From Leucoraja ocellata (Eukaryota): 64,000 nt of DNA. Within the stretch, counting starts at the first letter, position 1. Every line of letters begins with the position of its first letter. The notes beneath the pieces were generated by a model. The model was not told the DNA's origin and did no database searches. It worked only from the letters and a program-made list of their open reading frames with translations. A program made the position numbers and the translations under genes. This document shows positions 24,201 through 35,335 of the stretch, one piece after another. Where the stretch lies: NCBI GenBank assembly GCA_036785375.1, contig JAWMAR010001278.1:124001-188000 (forward strand), read 5' to 3'.

Positions 24201-25688
24201 ACCAATCAGGTAGTGGAACTTTGTATTTAATCTCAACTACAGATGATACAAACGTGGGTACAAAAAGCTGGAGTAACTCAGTGGAACAGGCAGAATCTCT
24301 GGAGAGAAGGAACAGGTGATGTTTCGGTCGAGACTCGAATGGCCTGAGCTACAGGGAGAGGGTGAGGAGGCTGGGACTCTATTCCCTGAAACGCAGGGTG
24401 ATGAGGGGTGATCTTATGGATGTGTATAAAATCATGAGTGGAATAGATCGGGTAGATGCACAGAGACTCTTGCCCAGAGTTGGGGAATCGAGGACTAGAC
24501 AACGGTTCAAGGTGAAGGGGAAAAAAATCTGAGGGGTTATTTTTTGACACAAAGGGTGGTGCGTGTATGGAACGAGCTGCTGGAGGAGGTAGTTGAAGCT
24601 GGGACTATCCCAACGTTTAAGAAACAGTTAGAAAGGTACATGGACCAAGCGCAGGCAGGTGGGACTAGTGTAGCTGGGACATGTTGGCCGGTGTGGGCAA
24701 GTTGGGCAGAAGGGCCTGTTTCCACAATGGATGACTCTATATAGATGATAATGTAGAGAGAGATAAAGAACAATGAATGAAAGATAGATGTAAACAAAGT
24801 AACGATGATAAAGGAAACAGGCCACTGTTAGTGGTTTGTTGTGTGAAAACGAGAAGCTGGTGCGACTTGGGTGGGGGAGGGATGGAGAGAGAGGGAACAC
24901 AGGGCTACCTCAAGTGAGGGAAATCAATATTCATATCACTGGGCTGTAAGCTGCCCGAACGGAATATGTGATGCTGGTCCTCCAATTTGTGTTTAGCCTC
25001 ACTCTGTCAATGGAGGCGACCGAGGACAGAAAGGTCAGTGTGGGAAGGGGAATTAAAGTATTTAGCAACCGGGGGTATGAATATTGATTTATCTAACTAT
25101 GTGAGAGTGTGTGGGTGTGAGAGTGGGTGTGAGAGAGAGAGAAAGTTGGAGAGAGGGGGAGAAGGGGCGAGAGAGGGAGAGAGAGAGTGGGTGAAACTGC
25201 GAGTGTGAGAGACACAGTGCCTGAGTGTGAGCAAGTGAGAGAAAGAGTAGAGGGAGAAAGGGGGGGAGAGAAAGTGTGAAACTGCAAGTGAGAGGAGAGG
25301 GAGAGGGAGAGAAAGTGAGAGAGGGGGAGAGAGAAGGAGAGCGAGAGTGTGTGAGAGGAGAACATCAACAACATGGCTGAACCTGGGTCTGTGGGAGTAC
25401 AGGAGTTGTGAACCTTCTCACTGATGGTATTAAATGCCGGGCCACACTGCTCTGTACTAAACCCACAACTGCCTGTCTGCTTCCCTTTCCTTCCAGAGCG
25501 CGGGGAGTGGAGAGAACGGGCCGGCCCCAGTGGAGCGGAAAGAAGGAGGGGAATCAGGAGAGGGGGAAGAGCAAGCGGTCGTGTACGCCAAACTGCAGGA
25601 GGTGCTGAGCAGCGGAGACACCGGGCACAGTGGCGAGGGGGTGGAATACGCGGAGCTCTGGTTCCAGTCCAAGCAGGGGATGGGGTAG
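2849..25688 (+). CDS. Siglec/MAG-like inhibitory Ig-superfamily receptor, spliced CDS join(2849-2888,3225-3599,4056-4349,8464-8745,13314-13595,16040-16324,23122-23218,24143-24209,25497-25688), ~637 aa
   Basis: All exons have AG/GT ends with compatible phases and join to 1914 nt with no stop. Architecture: leader-V-C2-C2-C2-C2-TM-ITIM-ITIM. The V domain has the Siglec cysteine pattern (GLCARIPC...NDCSL). Orthology (MAG, CD22 or CD33-related) is not resolvable by eye. Confidence 0.85.
2922..3086 (+). repeat. 33-bp G-rich minisatellite, 5 copies, in the intron after the leader exon
   Basis: Unit GGAGTGATGCACTGGGGGAGGGGCGGTGAGGAG. Confidence 0.95.
3225..3599 (+). CDS. Siglec-like gene, V-set Ig exon
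   Basis: ctcctcag| acceptor and G|gtaagt donor. AVMSGDCVWSAWYPKVVTAQNGLCARIPCNYTYP...AIWY...FQLRTRLSG...NDCSLVIDNVKQQDAGPYFFKVDF...YNY, the Siglec V-set signature. Confidence 0.93.
4056..4349 (+). CDS. Siglec-like gene, Ig domain 2 (C2-set) exon
   Basis: KPTIFPAELVAGKPVDMTCSFNTTCNGTAPTLTW...SVLSLTPALKHHGQNLTCRV, typical Siglec D2 with the extra inter-domain Cys. ttag| and T|gtaagt ends. Confidence 0.93.
4660..5025 (+). mobile_element. Penelope-like element 3' fragment (GIY-YIG C-terminus); related copies at ~1-280, 9565-9930, 15480-15830, 24750-25095, 47220-47575
   Basis: KLEDQHLILCLGSLQPSGMYIDFSNFR motif. Confidence 0.72.
5192..5905 (+). pseudogene. C2 Ig pseudo-exon (type A, copy 1) split by a CR1/HER1 LINE insertion
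   Basis: YAPQNLSITS...AAILCSLQSFPASNLMW...NELWM, then LINE (~5375-5808), then FPQPTGKDAGLSQCVAENEHGTAERDVTLTVE. The donor has decayed to gtgtgt. Confidence 0.88.
5375..5808 (-). mobile_element. CR1/HER1 LINE 3' fragment inserted in Ig exon
   Basis: (ACATAG)n tail. The minus strand reads the ORF2 C-terminus RLGLYSLEFRRMRG...NFFTQRVVNLWNS. Confidence 0.88.
7300..8155 (+). mobile_element. CR1 3' fragment (duplicated at ~12150-13005)
   Basis: VRPRLEYCVQFWAPCYRKDI motif. Confidence 0.8.
8464..8745 (+). CDS. Siglec-like gene, C2 Ig exon (type B, copy 1)
   Basis: YAPRNLSITS...AILCSVQSFPASNLTW...QDAGVYQCVAVNEHG, 282 nt, phase 1-1, ttag| and T|gtgagt. Confidence 0.9.
8987..9212 (+). pseudogene. 5'-truncated copy of the D2 Ig exon at the duplication junction
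   Basis: Matches 4124-4349 but lacks the acceptor and the first Cys. The gtaagt donor is retained. Confidence 0.88.
10093..10781 (+). pseudogene. C2 Ig pseudo-exon (type A, copy 2) with the same LINE insertion plus frameshifts
   Basis: Homologous to 5192-5905, with LINE at ~10271-10684 and two small deletions (near 10166 and 10225) relative to the paralogues. Confidence 0.88.
10866..11002. other. Assembly gap (137 N) in a CA-rich tract
   Basis: N run; the paralogous segment ~5985-6170 is (CA)/(CT) microsatellite. Confidence 0.98.
13314..13595 (+). CDS. Siglec-like gene, C2 Ig exon (type B, copy 2)
   Basis: Near-identical to 8464-8745 (WLEFP..QDTGVYQC), open frame, intact splice sites. Confidence 0.9.
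14413..14720 (+). mobile_element. HE1-type tRNA-derived SINE (others at ~6235-6372 -, 11065-11210 -, 33395+, 45930-46127 -)
   Basis: tRNA-like head with A/B boxes, GGTTTCCTCCCA core, LINE-like 3' end and (AAACT)n tail. Confidence 0.8.
16040..16324 (+). CDS. Siglec-like gene, membrane-proximal Ig exon (MAG D5-like)
   Basis: YAPKISRDSGCTHTPESVTCVCAARCNPPGELTWHLP...VNGSLTL...VCSVRNRHG, the S-x-C...CxC pattern of MAG D5 and the last Siglec domain. G|gtgagg donor; alternative acceptor at 16031. Confidence 0.85.
16935..19360 (+). mobile_element. Degenerate CR1 LINE RT region, split by Helitron
   Basis: KSPGPD, NYRPVS, SGVPQGSVLG and SKYADDAKLGG motifs; CTATTGT tail. Confidence 0.88.
17412..18587 (-). 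mobile_element. Non-autonomous Helitron inserted into a CR1 RT
   Basis: Minus strand: A|TCTATC 5' end, TGGGACCCAATGGGTCCCA hairpin ~11 nt before CTAG|T 3' end, no TSD. Removing it rejoins the CR1 motif VYLDFQ..|FDKVPHRRL. Confidence 0.88.
20854..21368 (+). mobile_element. CR1 3' fragment private to the left arm
   Basis: Flanked by AATAG direct repeat (20849-20853, 21369-21373); absent at the mirror site ~51008-51012. Confidence 0.78.
23122..23218 (+). CDS. Siglec-like gene, transmembrane exon
   Basis: ttttacag| DKGFSIWKPVLLTAGIILMAVLAGFIIYKYILR |gtaagt. Uncharged hydrophobic core, phase 1-2. Confidence 0.88.
24143..24209 (+). CDS. Siglec-like gene, first cytoplasmic exon
   Basis: ctgcag| (R)REDASGNQDTNVIYCPQSATNQ |gtag. 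Phase 2-0 bridges the TM and last exons exactly. Confidence 0.8.
25497..25688 (+). CDS. Siglec-like gene, terminal exon with two ITIMs
   Basis: Strong pyrimidine acceptor. SAGSGENG...EQAVVYAKLQ...GEGVEYAELWFQSKQGMG*, with ITIMs VVYAKL (25578-25595) and VEYAEL (25641-25658). Confidence 0.9.
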   Translation, partial: SAGSGENGPAPVERKEGGESGEGEEQAVVYAKLQEVLSSGDTGHSGEGVEYAELWFQSKQGMG

Positions 25689-25945
25689 GTGGGAGGATGG
25701 AGGGAGGGGCGGTGAGGAGGGAGAGGCGATGTGGAGAGAGCGCTGCACCAGCCTTAACTACCTTGGGTTTCATAGATTAATTAACCCTCTGTAGATGAAA
25801 TAGTGGGATAACATAGAACTAGTGTGTGAACGGATGACCGATGGTCAGTGCGGACTTGGTGGGCTGAAGGGCCTGTTTCCCCGCTGTATCTCTTTGAAAA
25901 AGCCTTTGTTTCTTTAGAACCCAGACTGTTCCGCGGGTAAATATT

Positions 25946-28575
25946 GATTTTTTTTTGATTTTTTTTTTTAAAGAATAGAATAAGAAAAAGAAGTTAGATA
26001 GTAAAGGATAGAAAGATGTGAAATATATAGCGTGTGAAGAAAGAAAATGAGTAAATGGAGAAAGTTGAGAGAGAAATTAGAGAAAAGAAAATAAAATAAA
26101 AAAGAAAAGGAGATCATTATTTATAATCTTGACCAACCCTCGTCCAGTCCTGAAACAGTTATTTTTTACAATTGTGTTGCACCATATGATTCCAAAAAAA
26201 CAATGAATGGAGACCAACTCGTTATGAATTGGTCTGATTTATCCATTAGGAGGAATCGCATTTCCTCAAGATGAGCGATGTCCAACATACTTGCAATCCA
26301 CATTTTAAGCGTTGGTATTGATGTACCCTTCCAAAATTTAAGAATTAATGTTTTTGCTATTATTAAACCATAGTTAAGGAATAGATTTTGAGATGTGTTC
26401 AATTTATTCCAATCTTCCATTACACCAAATATAATCATTTCAGTATTAGGTTCCATTCTTGTCTTGAATAATTTTATAAATATTTCAAAAATATCATTCC
26501 AAAATCTATAAAGTTTTATGCAGGAAACTAAGGAGTGTGTTATAGTTGCCTTTTGGGCTAGACATTTATCACAAGTGGTGGATATATTTGGATAAAATTT
26601 GTTCAATCTTGTTTTTGAATAATATAATCTATGTACAATTTTAAATTGAATTAGATTATGTCTTACATTAATTGAACATTTGTGAATATATATCAGGTAT
26701 TTTTCCCATTTAACCTTCGTAATTTTTATCATTAATTCCCGTTCCCACTCTTCTCTAAGTACCTCTGTCGATGGTCGGTCTATATTTAGAATACTATTAT
26801 ATAAATATGATATTAATTTTTGTGAGTCAGCTTCAATATTCATTGCTTCTTCCAATAAGTCAGGAGTTACTTTTTGATATCCTTGTATATTTTTTTTCAA
26901 AAAGTCGCAAATCTGAAGATATTTAAAATATTGGTTCTTTTTCAATTTAAATTTTAATTGTAGTTGTTAGAATGATAGTAGGTTTCCCATTTCGTACATA
27001 TCCCCGATCCTTCTAATTCTGAGACTTTCCCATTGGTTATATGTCTTATCAATAAGAGATGGTTTAAATAAAGGGTTGTTCACTATTGGCATTAACAGTG
27101 ATAGATTTCTTAATTTTAAAGATAATTTTATTTGTTTCCAAATTCTTATTGTACCATATATAATTGGGTTCTTCTTATATATTGTGTTATTCAGTTTTTT
27201 GGGGGAAAAGAGGATCATTCCTATATTACAAGGATGGCAATCCTCCTTCTCCATTTTTATCCATTCTGTCTGTTGGGTAGAATATCCAACCAATAAATCA
27301 TATTCTTAATATGCACTGCCCAGTAATAATACATGAAATTCGGAAGTGAATTTCGGAAGTGAATGTCCCCCGACCTCTTTTGGTTTACATAAGCGTTTTT
27401 TTGTGATTCTATGTGATCTATAGTCCCAAATAGAATTCGTAATGTTAGAGTCTAATTTTTTTTTAAATATTTTGGTATATATACCGGTATAGACTGAAAT
27501 ACGTATAGTAATTGTGGTAAGATCATGTTTATTGCATTTATTCTACCTAATAATGATAAGGGAAGTGTTTTCCAAAATTTAATCAGCGTATTAAGTTTAT
27601 TTAATAAAGGTATGAAATTAGCGTTGAATAATGCTTTATATTTTCTAGTAGTCTGAATACCCAAATATTTACATTTTTCTGTTGCGATTTTAAAGGGGAA
27701 CTTCAATAAGTGTGTAGGTTCTTGAGGTTTTAATGTCATGATTTCACTTTTGTTCCAGTTTATTCTATATCCAGAAAAAGACCCAAATTCCTCTATAAAG
27801 TTTAATACATTTGGTATGCTTGTTTGTGACTTTGTAATGTATAGAAGTATATCGTCTGCATATAATGAGATTTTATTCTTTGAGTCCCTGGTATTATAGC
27901 CCTGAATATTCGGATGAATTCTTATACTTTCAGCCAGGGGTTCTATCATAAGGGCAAATAGCAGGGGTGATAGTGCACATCCCTGCCTATTACCCCTTGA
28001 TAGTTGAAATTTTTGAGATAACATGTTATTAGTTAAAATTCTTGCCATCGGTTTATCATATAATAATTTTACCCATGTTATAAAATTCCCATATTAAATT
28101 TTTGTAGTACTTTATATAAGTATTGCCACTCTACCTGATCAAATGCTTTCTCTGCATCCAAAGAAATAATTGATATATCTTCTTCCTCTACTTTATGCGA
28201 GTACATTATATTAAACAGGCGTCTCAGATTATTAAATGAGTATCTTTTAGGTATAAACCCCGTTTGATCAGGGTTTATCAATTTACTAATATATTTGCTT
28301 AATCTTCTTGCTAAAATCTTTGCTAAAATTTTCTGATCTGTATTTAAAAGTAATATAGCTCTGTACGAGCCCGGATCTTCTAAATCTTTATCTTTTTTAT
28401 GGAATAAGCGTAATAGTTGATTCTGTTAGTGTTTCAGGTAGTTTGTTTTCTTTAAAAGCATGGGAGCACAAATTAAATAAATAAGGGGTCGTCGTTATCT
28501 CCTGAAATTTTTTATAAAATTCATTATTAAAACCATCTGGTCCCGGTGTCTTACCATTTTTCAGCGATTTTATTG
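25946..28575 (-). mobile_element. 5'-truncated L1-clade LINE (ORF2 RT to 3' end), left arm only
   Basis: KTPGPDGF, SLDAEKAFD, RQGCALSPLLF and YADDILL motifs; T-tail at 25947-25969. TSD GGGTAA(A/C)TATT at 25935-25945 and 28576-28586; empty site at ~46382-46392. Confidence 0.92.
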
Positions 28576-28832
28576 GGGTAACTATTAACATTGACAATAA
28601 TTGCTTCTATCAAATGATAGTCTGTTAAACAATCTTTACCTGCAGTTACAAAATCCACTCGTAGCTATTAAATATATATTTTGAGAATCCTGTGGGATTG
28701 TTGCTAATGCTATTCTGAAGCTCTTGCTCTTGTAGCACCATGTTCTATAACAAGTTTCATAGCAAGCAGCTCTCTGTGTGGCATTGGTGAGTAATAATAA
28801 CAATGAAATGCAGACGCTGGAAATCTGACAAA

Positions 28833-29520
28833 GGGCGGCACGGTGGCGCAGCGGTAGAGTTGCTGCCTCACAGTGCCAGAGACCCGTGTTAAATCCTGAC
28901 TACAGGTGCTGTCTGTGCGGAGTTTGTACATTCTCCCCGTGACCTGTGTGGGTTTTCTCCGGGATCTTCGGTTTCCTCCCACACCCCACAGATGGGCTGG
29001 TTTGTAGGTTAATTGGCTTGCTGTAAATGTACATTGTCCCTGCTTACCCACCACACCACCTCCAGGTCCCACAGATCGGCAGGCTTGGGGTTACTGAACA
29101 TCCTGCGGTCTAGGCATAAGCTCAGGGGCCACCGTGCCTTTGCGTTTGCAGCTCCGTGACTGTGGAACAGCATCCCTCTTCCCATCAGAACTGCCCCCTC
29201 CATCGACTCTTTTAAGTCGAGAGTTAAAACGCATCTTTACTCTCAAGCCTTTCTTGTCATCCTCTGAGGGAGGGCTATATGTATGAATTTATGTATGTAC
29301 TTAATCTATGAACCACTGTTGTATAACATTAGTACCTCCACCAATGTAAAGCACTTTGGTCAACGAGAGATGTTTTTTAAATGTGCTATAGAAATAAAAG
29401 TGACTTGACTTGACTTGACTGGGTGTGTGTATTGTGCGGGGATCGCTGGTCGGCGCTGACTCGATGGGCCGAAGGTCCTGTTTCCGCGCTGTGTCTCTAA
29501 ACTACACTAAACTAAAACTA
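28833..29520 (+). mobile_element. HE1-type SINE interrupted by an L2-clade 3' fragment (~29042-29420)
   Basis: Head GGCACGGTGGCGCAGCGGTAGAG. The insert encodes RAFAFAAP*LWNSIP..IRTAPSIDSFKSRVKTHLY and ends in (TGACT)n. Confidence 0.75.
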
Positions 29521-30339
29521 ATCAGTCATGGTCATCTAATAGTGGAGCAGGTGCAAGATTAATCCTGATACTATTTTTATATCATTACATGTTTTCTGCA
29601 GAGGATTTGGATTTGTTGCATTTGTAAACAAAGAGATTAAAATGCTGAACCATTACAGTCACATGTCTCAGAATTATGTTTTACACATCTCTTTTATTTG
29701 ATTTTTGTCTCCTAATTTGAGGAAGGACATTCTTGCTATTGAGGGAGTGCAGCGTAGGTTCACCAGGTTAATTCCCGTGATGGCGGGACTGACATATGAT
29801 GAAAGAATGGATCGACTTGTATTCACTGGAATTTAGAAGGATGAGAGGGTCCTTATAGAAACATATAAATCCTTAAGGGTTTGGACAGGGATGCAGGGAA
29901 AATGATCCCGATATCGGGGAGGAGTCCAGAACCAGGGGTCACAGTTTAAGAATATGGGGTCAGCCATATAGGACTGAGATGAGGAAAATCATTTTCACCC
30001 AGAGAGTTGTGAATCTGGGAATTCTCTGCCACAGAAGGCAGTGGAGGCGAATTCACCTGATGTTTTCAAGAGTTAGATTTAGCTCTTTGGGCTAACGGAA
30101 TGAAGGGATATGGGGAGAAAGCAGGAACGGGGTACTGATTTTGGATGGTCAGCCATGATCATATTGAGTGGCGGTGCTGGCACAAATGGCCAAATGGCCT
30201 ACTCCTGCACGTATGTTCTGTGTCCTCGCTGTGTCTCTAAACTAAACTAAAGCCTTCCGATTACATTCCCGTCTGAATATCTTGTTAAAGTCGCGATTGT
30301 GTCCTTTCGAAAGATTCAATTTTTTAAATTTCAAAATAT

Positions 30340-32716
30340 ACTTTATTTGAGAAATAAATATATCCGATAGTTGATCCTTACAAGACTCCATCCAACATTC
30401 TTGGAGGCCATATATACTTTCAATAATGTTTACACAAATTACACAAATTTATCCCCCACCCTTGCCACTCATGTGGCCCACTGGCATGGAATCACTTCCC
30501 ATATTTTTGAGGGGCGTCTCCACCACACCCTGCCCCCCCATGTCCAGCAGCGGAAGGAACCTAGACTGTGATCCTCCCTCACTAAGAATTTTTTTTATAT
30601 CAAAAAATGTAATCAATTATTAAAAATAATATTTACAATACAATGAAACAAACCAGATCCCACCCCCATAATACAAGACCAACAAATATACTTAATAATC
30701 GACTATATAACTATGTTACAATCCTTGTCAAGGATGCATTCCACCCCCCGCCGTGCCCAACGATGCGGCAAATCGCCCAGGTTGCCCGTGGACAGTGTGT
30801 AGCAAAGATCCTACAGCGAGCAAGATCGGCCACTCGACCAAAAGACATAGTACGGTCATGGGCATATTCATGGGTAATTTAAGGCCCCATTCCCGTAAGC
30901 GGCTTCCGTCTCCGCACCACAGATCCCATAGGATAATAGTGCGGAGACGGAAGCCGGTTACGGAAACATCCTCGTAAAAATAAAAGTTAGTTGGTAAAAA
31001 TCTTCTCATTTTCAGAATTTTAATTTATTTACACAAACTGATCCCCCGCTGCGTTGATTACACTGCGAGTCGGGTCGGGTCCGGTTACGGAAATGGATGA
31101 AAAAAAGGCCCACGTTCCGTTCCGTTGCGTACTACACGTCAGCCCATTGTATTTAGCAGGAGTGGTCTATCTTGCTCCGCTATAGGATCTTTGGTGCGTA
31201 GTCCCTCTCTAACACCACCCGGGCACGGACGTATTCCTGGAAAAGGGGCAGGCAGCTGGCTCGGGCAGAGCCCTCTTCTGCCTGACCCAGTGACTTGAGG
31301 ATGGCCAGTATGGCCAGGCCCAGGAGCAACCCAACCAGGACATCTTCAGCCCTACCCTCTCCCCCATGCACAGGGTGTCCAAAGATGAGGATCGTGGGGG
31401 AGAAATGCAGCCAGACCGCAAGTAGCAGCCGCTTTAGATATTGGAACAGGGGATGCAGCCTCACACACATACACGTGGCTCACAGATTCTTCCAGCCCAC
31501 AAAAGTGGCAGGTGGCTGGTGAGTCTGTGAACCGCCAGAGAAACAGGTTGCAGGGGACTCCGGTGCAATACCCTCCACCCCAGGTCCCCGATGTAGAGGG
31601 GGAGAATCCCTGCGTAGAGGGACCCCCCCCCCCCCAACCGAGCCTTGGCGTTGGCTACACCAAGCTTCAGTGCGTCCCTCAACACGTACTCCTGCAGTCT
31701 GCAGCGGGCCAGTCGGCAACATTCTCCGACAGACATCCCGCTCCGCTGGGTGGCCAACAAAGCTCAGGTAGACCAAAGTGCGTCTTTCACCGAGTTGATG
31801 ACCTTCCAGCAGCACTCGATGTCAGTCTCTGAATGTGTCCCTGGGAACAGTCCGTGAATCACAGAACCCTCTGTGACAGAGCTGTTCAGAATAAATCGTG
31901 ACAGGGACCCTTGCAAACCTCTCCAGACTCTCTTTGCAAATCCACACTCTGCAACGAGGTGGGCAACCGTTTCCTCTCCATAGCAGCCGTCCCAAGGGCA
32001 GCGTGCGCTGGTAGTGAGGTTCCGACGGTGCAGGAAGGATCTGACTGGGAGGGCTCCCCTCACCGCCAGCCAAGCCAGGTCTTGGTGCTTGTTGGTGAGT
32101 TGTGGCGATGAGGCATTTCACCAGACAAGCTGGGCAGTCTGCTCTGGGAACCACGCCACAGGATCCATGGAGTCATTTCACTGTAGAGCCTGCAGGTCGT
32201 TCTGTGCTGACCACTGCCCGATGGACTTGTGGTCAAAGGTGTTGGTCTGGAAGAACCTTTCCACAAATGACAGATGGTGCACAATGTCCAGCTGACTGGC
32301 ATATTTCATGGCATCTGCGCCAGGCCCATCCTTTGCAACACCGGGGACAGGTAGAACCTCAACAGGTTGTGAAACCTGGTGCCCACGTGCCTTGGCTCTA
32401 CACTCTGCCTGATACAGCCACACACGAAGGTGGCCATCAGGGTGAGGGTGCCGTTGGGCACGCATTTACCCCCTTTGTCTGCCAACTTGTGTATTGTGGC
32501 CCGTCGCACCCGGTCCATCCTCGACCCCCGGATGAACTGGAAGACGGCCCGGGTGCTCCCTGTGGCATAGGAGGGAGGGACAGGCCACACGTGCGCCAAG
32601 TACAGCAGCCCCGAGAGCACCTCGCACCTGATGACCAAGTTCTTTCCCGTTATAGAGAGTGAGCGTTGCTTCCACAGCTCCAGTTTCTTCCCAACCTTGG
32701 CTATCACTCCAGCATA
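30340..32716 (-). mobile_element. Left-arm copy of the Tx1-like 3' region
   Basis: Reverse complement of 40990-41458 plus 42707-44610. Confidence 0.82.
30803..31193. mobile_element. hAT-type MITE (left-arm copy)
   Basis: ~25-bp TIRs CAAAGATCCTA(C/T)AGC(G)GAGCAAGAT and 8-bp TSD GTG(T/C)GTAG. Confidence 0.82.
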
Positions 32717-35014
32717 AATAATACACAGAGAGTTGTGGACGTAGCCCGGTCCCTGTCACACAAACCAACCTCGCCCCTCGCCTATAGCCCCATATCTGAG
32801 GAAGGAGGTGCTGGTTCTTGTGAGGGTCCAGAGTAGGTTTACAAGAATGATTCCAGGAATTAGTGGGTTAGCGTCTGATGAGCGATTGACGGCACTGGGC
32901 CTGTACTCGCTGGTGTTTAGAAGGTTGAGGGGGGACCTCATTTAAATGTACAGATTAGTGAAAGGCCTGCATGGAGTGGATGTGGGAAGGATGTTTCCAT
33001 TGGCGGGAGAGTCTAGGACTTGGAGATAGCCTCAGAATTAAAGGGCGCCCTTTTAGAAAGGAGGTGAGGAGCAATTTCTTTAGTCAGATGTGAAAATTGA
33101 ATTATTTGCCACTGAGGGCAAGTCACTGGATATTATTAATGCAGAGATAGACAAATTCTTGATTAGAATGGATGTCAAGTGTTATGGGGAGAAGGCAGGA
33201 AAATTAGATTGGGAGGCCGAGATCAGGCATGATTGAATTGGGGAATAGGCTCGATGGGCCGAATGGCCTAATTCTACTCCGATAACTTGTGAACTTGCAA
33301 CTCCATCTACACTTCACGCTGCCTCGGGAAAACTACCACCATAATCAAGGGCTGTTCACACCGCAGCCATTCCCTCTTCTCCCCTCTCCCATCGGGAGGC
33401 ACGGTGGCACAACGGTAGAGCTGCTGCCTTACAGCGAATGCTGCACTGAAGACCCAGGTTTGATCCCTTCTCATCCCTCAACATACAAAATAATAAAAGG
33501 GCTGGACAAGCTAGATGCAGGAAAAATGTTCCCAATGTTGGGCGAGTCCAGAACCAGGGGCCACAGTCTTAGAATAAAGGGGAAGCCATTTAGACTGAGG
33601 TGAGAAAAAACATTTTCACCCAGAGAGTTGTGAATTTGTGTAATTCCCTGCCACAGAGGGATGTGGAGGCCAAGTCACTGGATGGATTTAAGAGAGAGTT
33701 AGATAGAGCTCTCGGGGCAAATGGTATCAAGGGATATGGGGAGAAGGCAGGCACGGGTTATTAATTGGGGACGATCAGCCATAACCACAATGAATGGCGG
33801 TGCTGGCTCGAAGGGCCGAATGGCCTCCTCCTGCACCTAATTTCTATGTTTCCATGATCCCGACTACGGAGCTTGGACGTTTTCCCCGTGACCTGCACGG
33901 GTTTTCTCCGAGATCTTCGGTTTCCTCCCACACTCCAAAGACGTACAGGTATGTAGGTAAATTGACTTGGTGTAAATGTTTTTAAAAATTGTCCTTAGTG
34001 TGTGTAGGATAGTGTTAGTGTGCGGGGATCGCTGGTCGGCGCTGATCCGGTGGGCCGAAGGGCCTGCTTCCGCACTGTATCTCTAAACTAAACTAAATAG
34101 AAAAGCTTGAAAGAGCGTACCCCCAGATTCAGGAAAGGATTCATCCCCTTAGTTATCAGATTACTGGAGTGCAGGAGGATGAGGGGGTGGGGGAATAATG
34201 AGAAGAATAGATTGGGTAGACACGCTGAATCTCTTGGCCAGCGTAGGGGCACCAGAGGACATAGGTGAAAAGATTTAATAGTAGTCTGAGGGGCAACTCT
34301 TGCACACAGACGGTGGTGGGTGTACGCAACGAGCTGCCGGAGGAGGTACTTGAGGCAGGGACTGTCCCTACGTTTAAGAAACAGTTAGACAGGAACATGG
34401 ATAGGACACATTTGGAGGGATATGGACCAAACGCAGGCAGGTGGGACTAGTGCAGATGGTACATGTTGGCCGGTGTGGGCAAGTTGGGCCAAAGGGCCTG
34501 TTTCTACACCGTATCAGTCTATGTTCCTTTCATAAGTTAGAAATGAATTTCCCAACCTTCCAATCTACCTCATTGTAGTCCCTTTTGTTTTAGAATCGCA
34601 CAGCGTGGAAACAGGCCCTTCGGCCCAACTAGCCCACACCGACCAACATGTCCCAGTTACACCAGTCCCACCTGCCTGTGTTTGGCCCAAAAGACCCCCA
34701 AACCTGTCCTATCCATGTACCTGCCCAATGTCTTTTAAATGTTATAGTTGCTGCCTCAATCACCTCCACCTGCAGCTTGTTCCATACACCCACCACCCTC
34801 TGAATGAAAACCTTTCCCAAAAGTTCCTATTAAATCTTTCCCCCCTCACATTATACCTATGTCCTCAGGTTCTTCATTCCCCAAATTTCGAGTTGAGACC
34901 CTTCTGTAACAGCACCTATTCTTCCAGAGATGCTGCCTGTCCCGCTGAGTTACTCCAACACTCTGTGTGTCCAATGTCTGTGTCGGGGCCTGGGTTGGTC
35001 TCTGTGACGGGACA

Positions 35015-35205
35015 ACTGCAGATGCTGGAAAAATCGAAGATAAACAAAAATGCTGGAGAAACTCAGCGGGTGAGGCAGCGACTATGGAACGAAAAATATG
35101 TGACGTCGCCTACTCCTCTGTTCCACAGACGCTGCCTCACCCGCTGAGTTTCTCCAGCATTTTTGTTTACCTTCGATTTTTCCAGCATCTGCAGTTGTTT
35201 CTGAA
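35015..35205. repeat. Palindromic non-autonomous repeat (long hairpin); relatives at 56900-57100 and many half copies
   Basis: ACTGCAGATGCTGGAAAAATCGAAG...GAGGCAGCG is mirrored by CGCTGCCTC...TTCCAGCATCTGCAGT. Confidence 0.8.
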
Positions 35206-35207
35206 AC

Positions 35208-35335
35208 ATCAGACAGCGGTTGATCAGGTCCAGGAACGTGGAGCAGAGCCGGCGGTCACAGTTCATACAAGCGCAGCCCCTGTGAGCCAACGTGGCGAGG
35301 AGGAGAAACACAGCAGCCAGATTATTCTGGGACAT
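35208..35335 (-). pseudogene. Orphan signal peptide + CxxCD coding fragment, possibly Izumo-domain family first exon
   Basis: aagATG start, MSQNNLAAVFLLLATLAHRGCACMNCDRRLCSTFLDLINRCLM, cut off by a palindromic repeat element. Confidence 0.35.

Larger units (their letters stand above)
18161..33851 (+). repeat. Left arm of large inverted segmental duplication
   Basis: Reverse complement is colinear with 36200-54243 across unique exons, introns and nested TEs. The outer limit is hidden by the N gap at 54244. Confidence 0.92.

Noticed and set aside
25424-25780. 118-aa Arg/Gly-rich ORF and overlapping antisense ORFs (mirrored at 46545-47224)
   Set aside because: Off-frame shadows of the GC-rich terminal exon, whose true frame has the two ITIMs.
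28833-28910. tRNA-like sequence
   Set aside because: It is the head of an HE1-type SINE continuing into SINE body and tail, not a tRNA gene.
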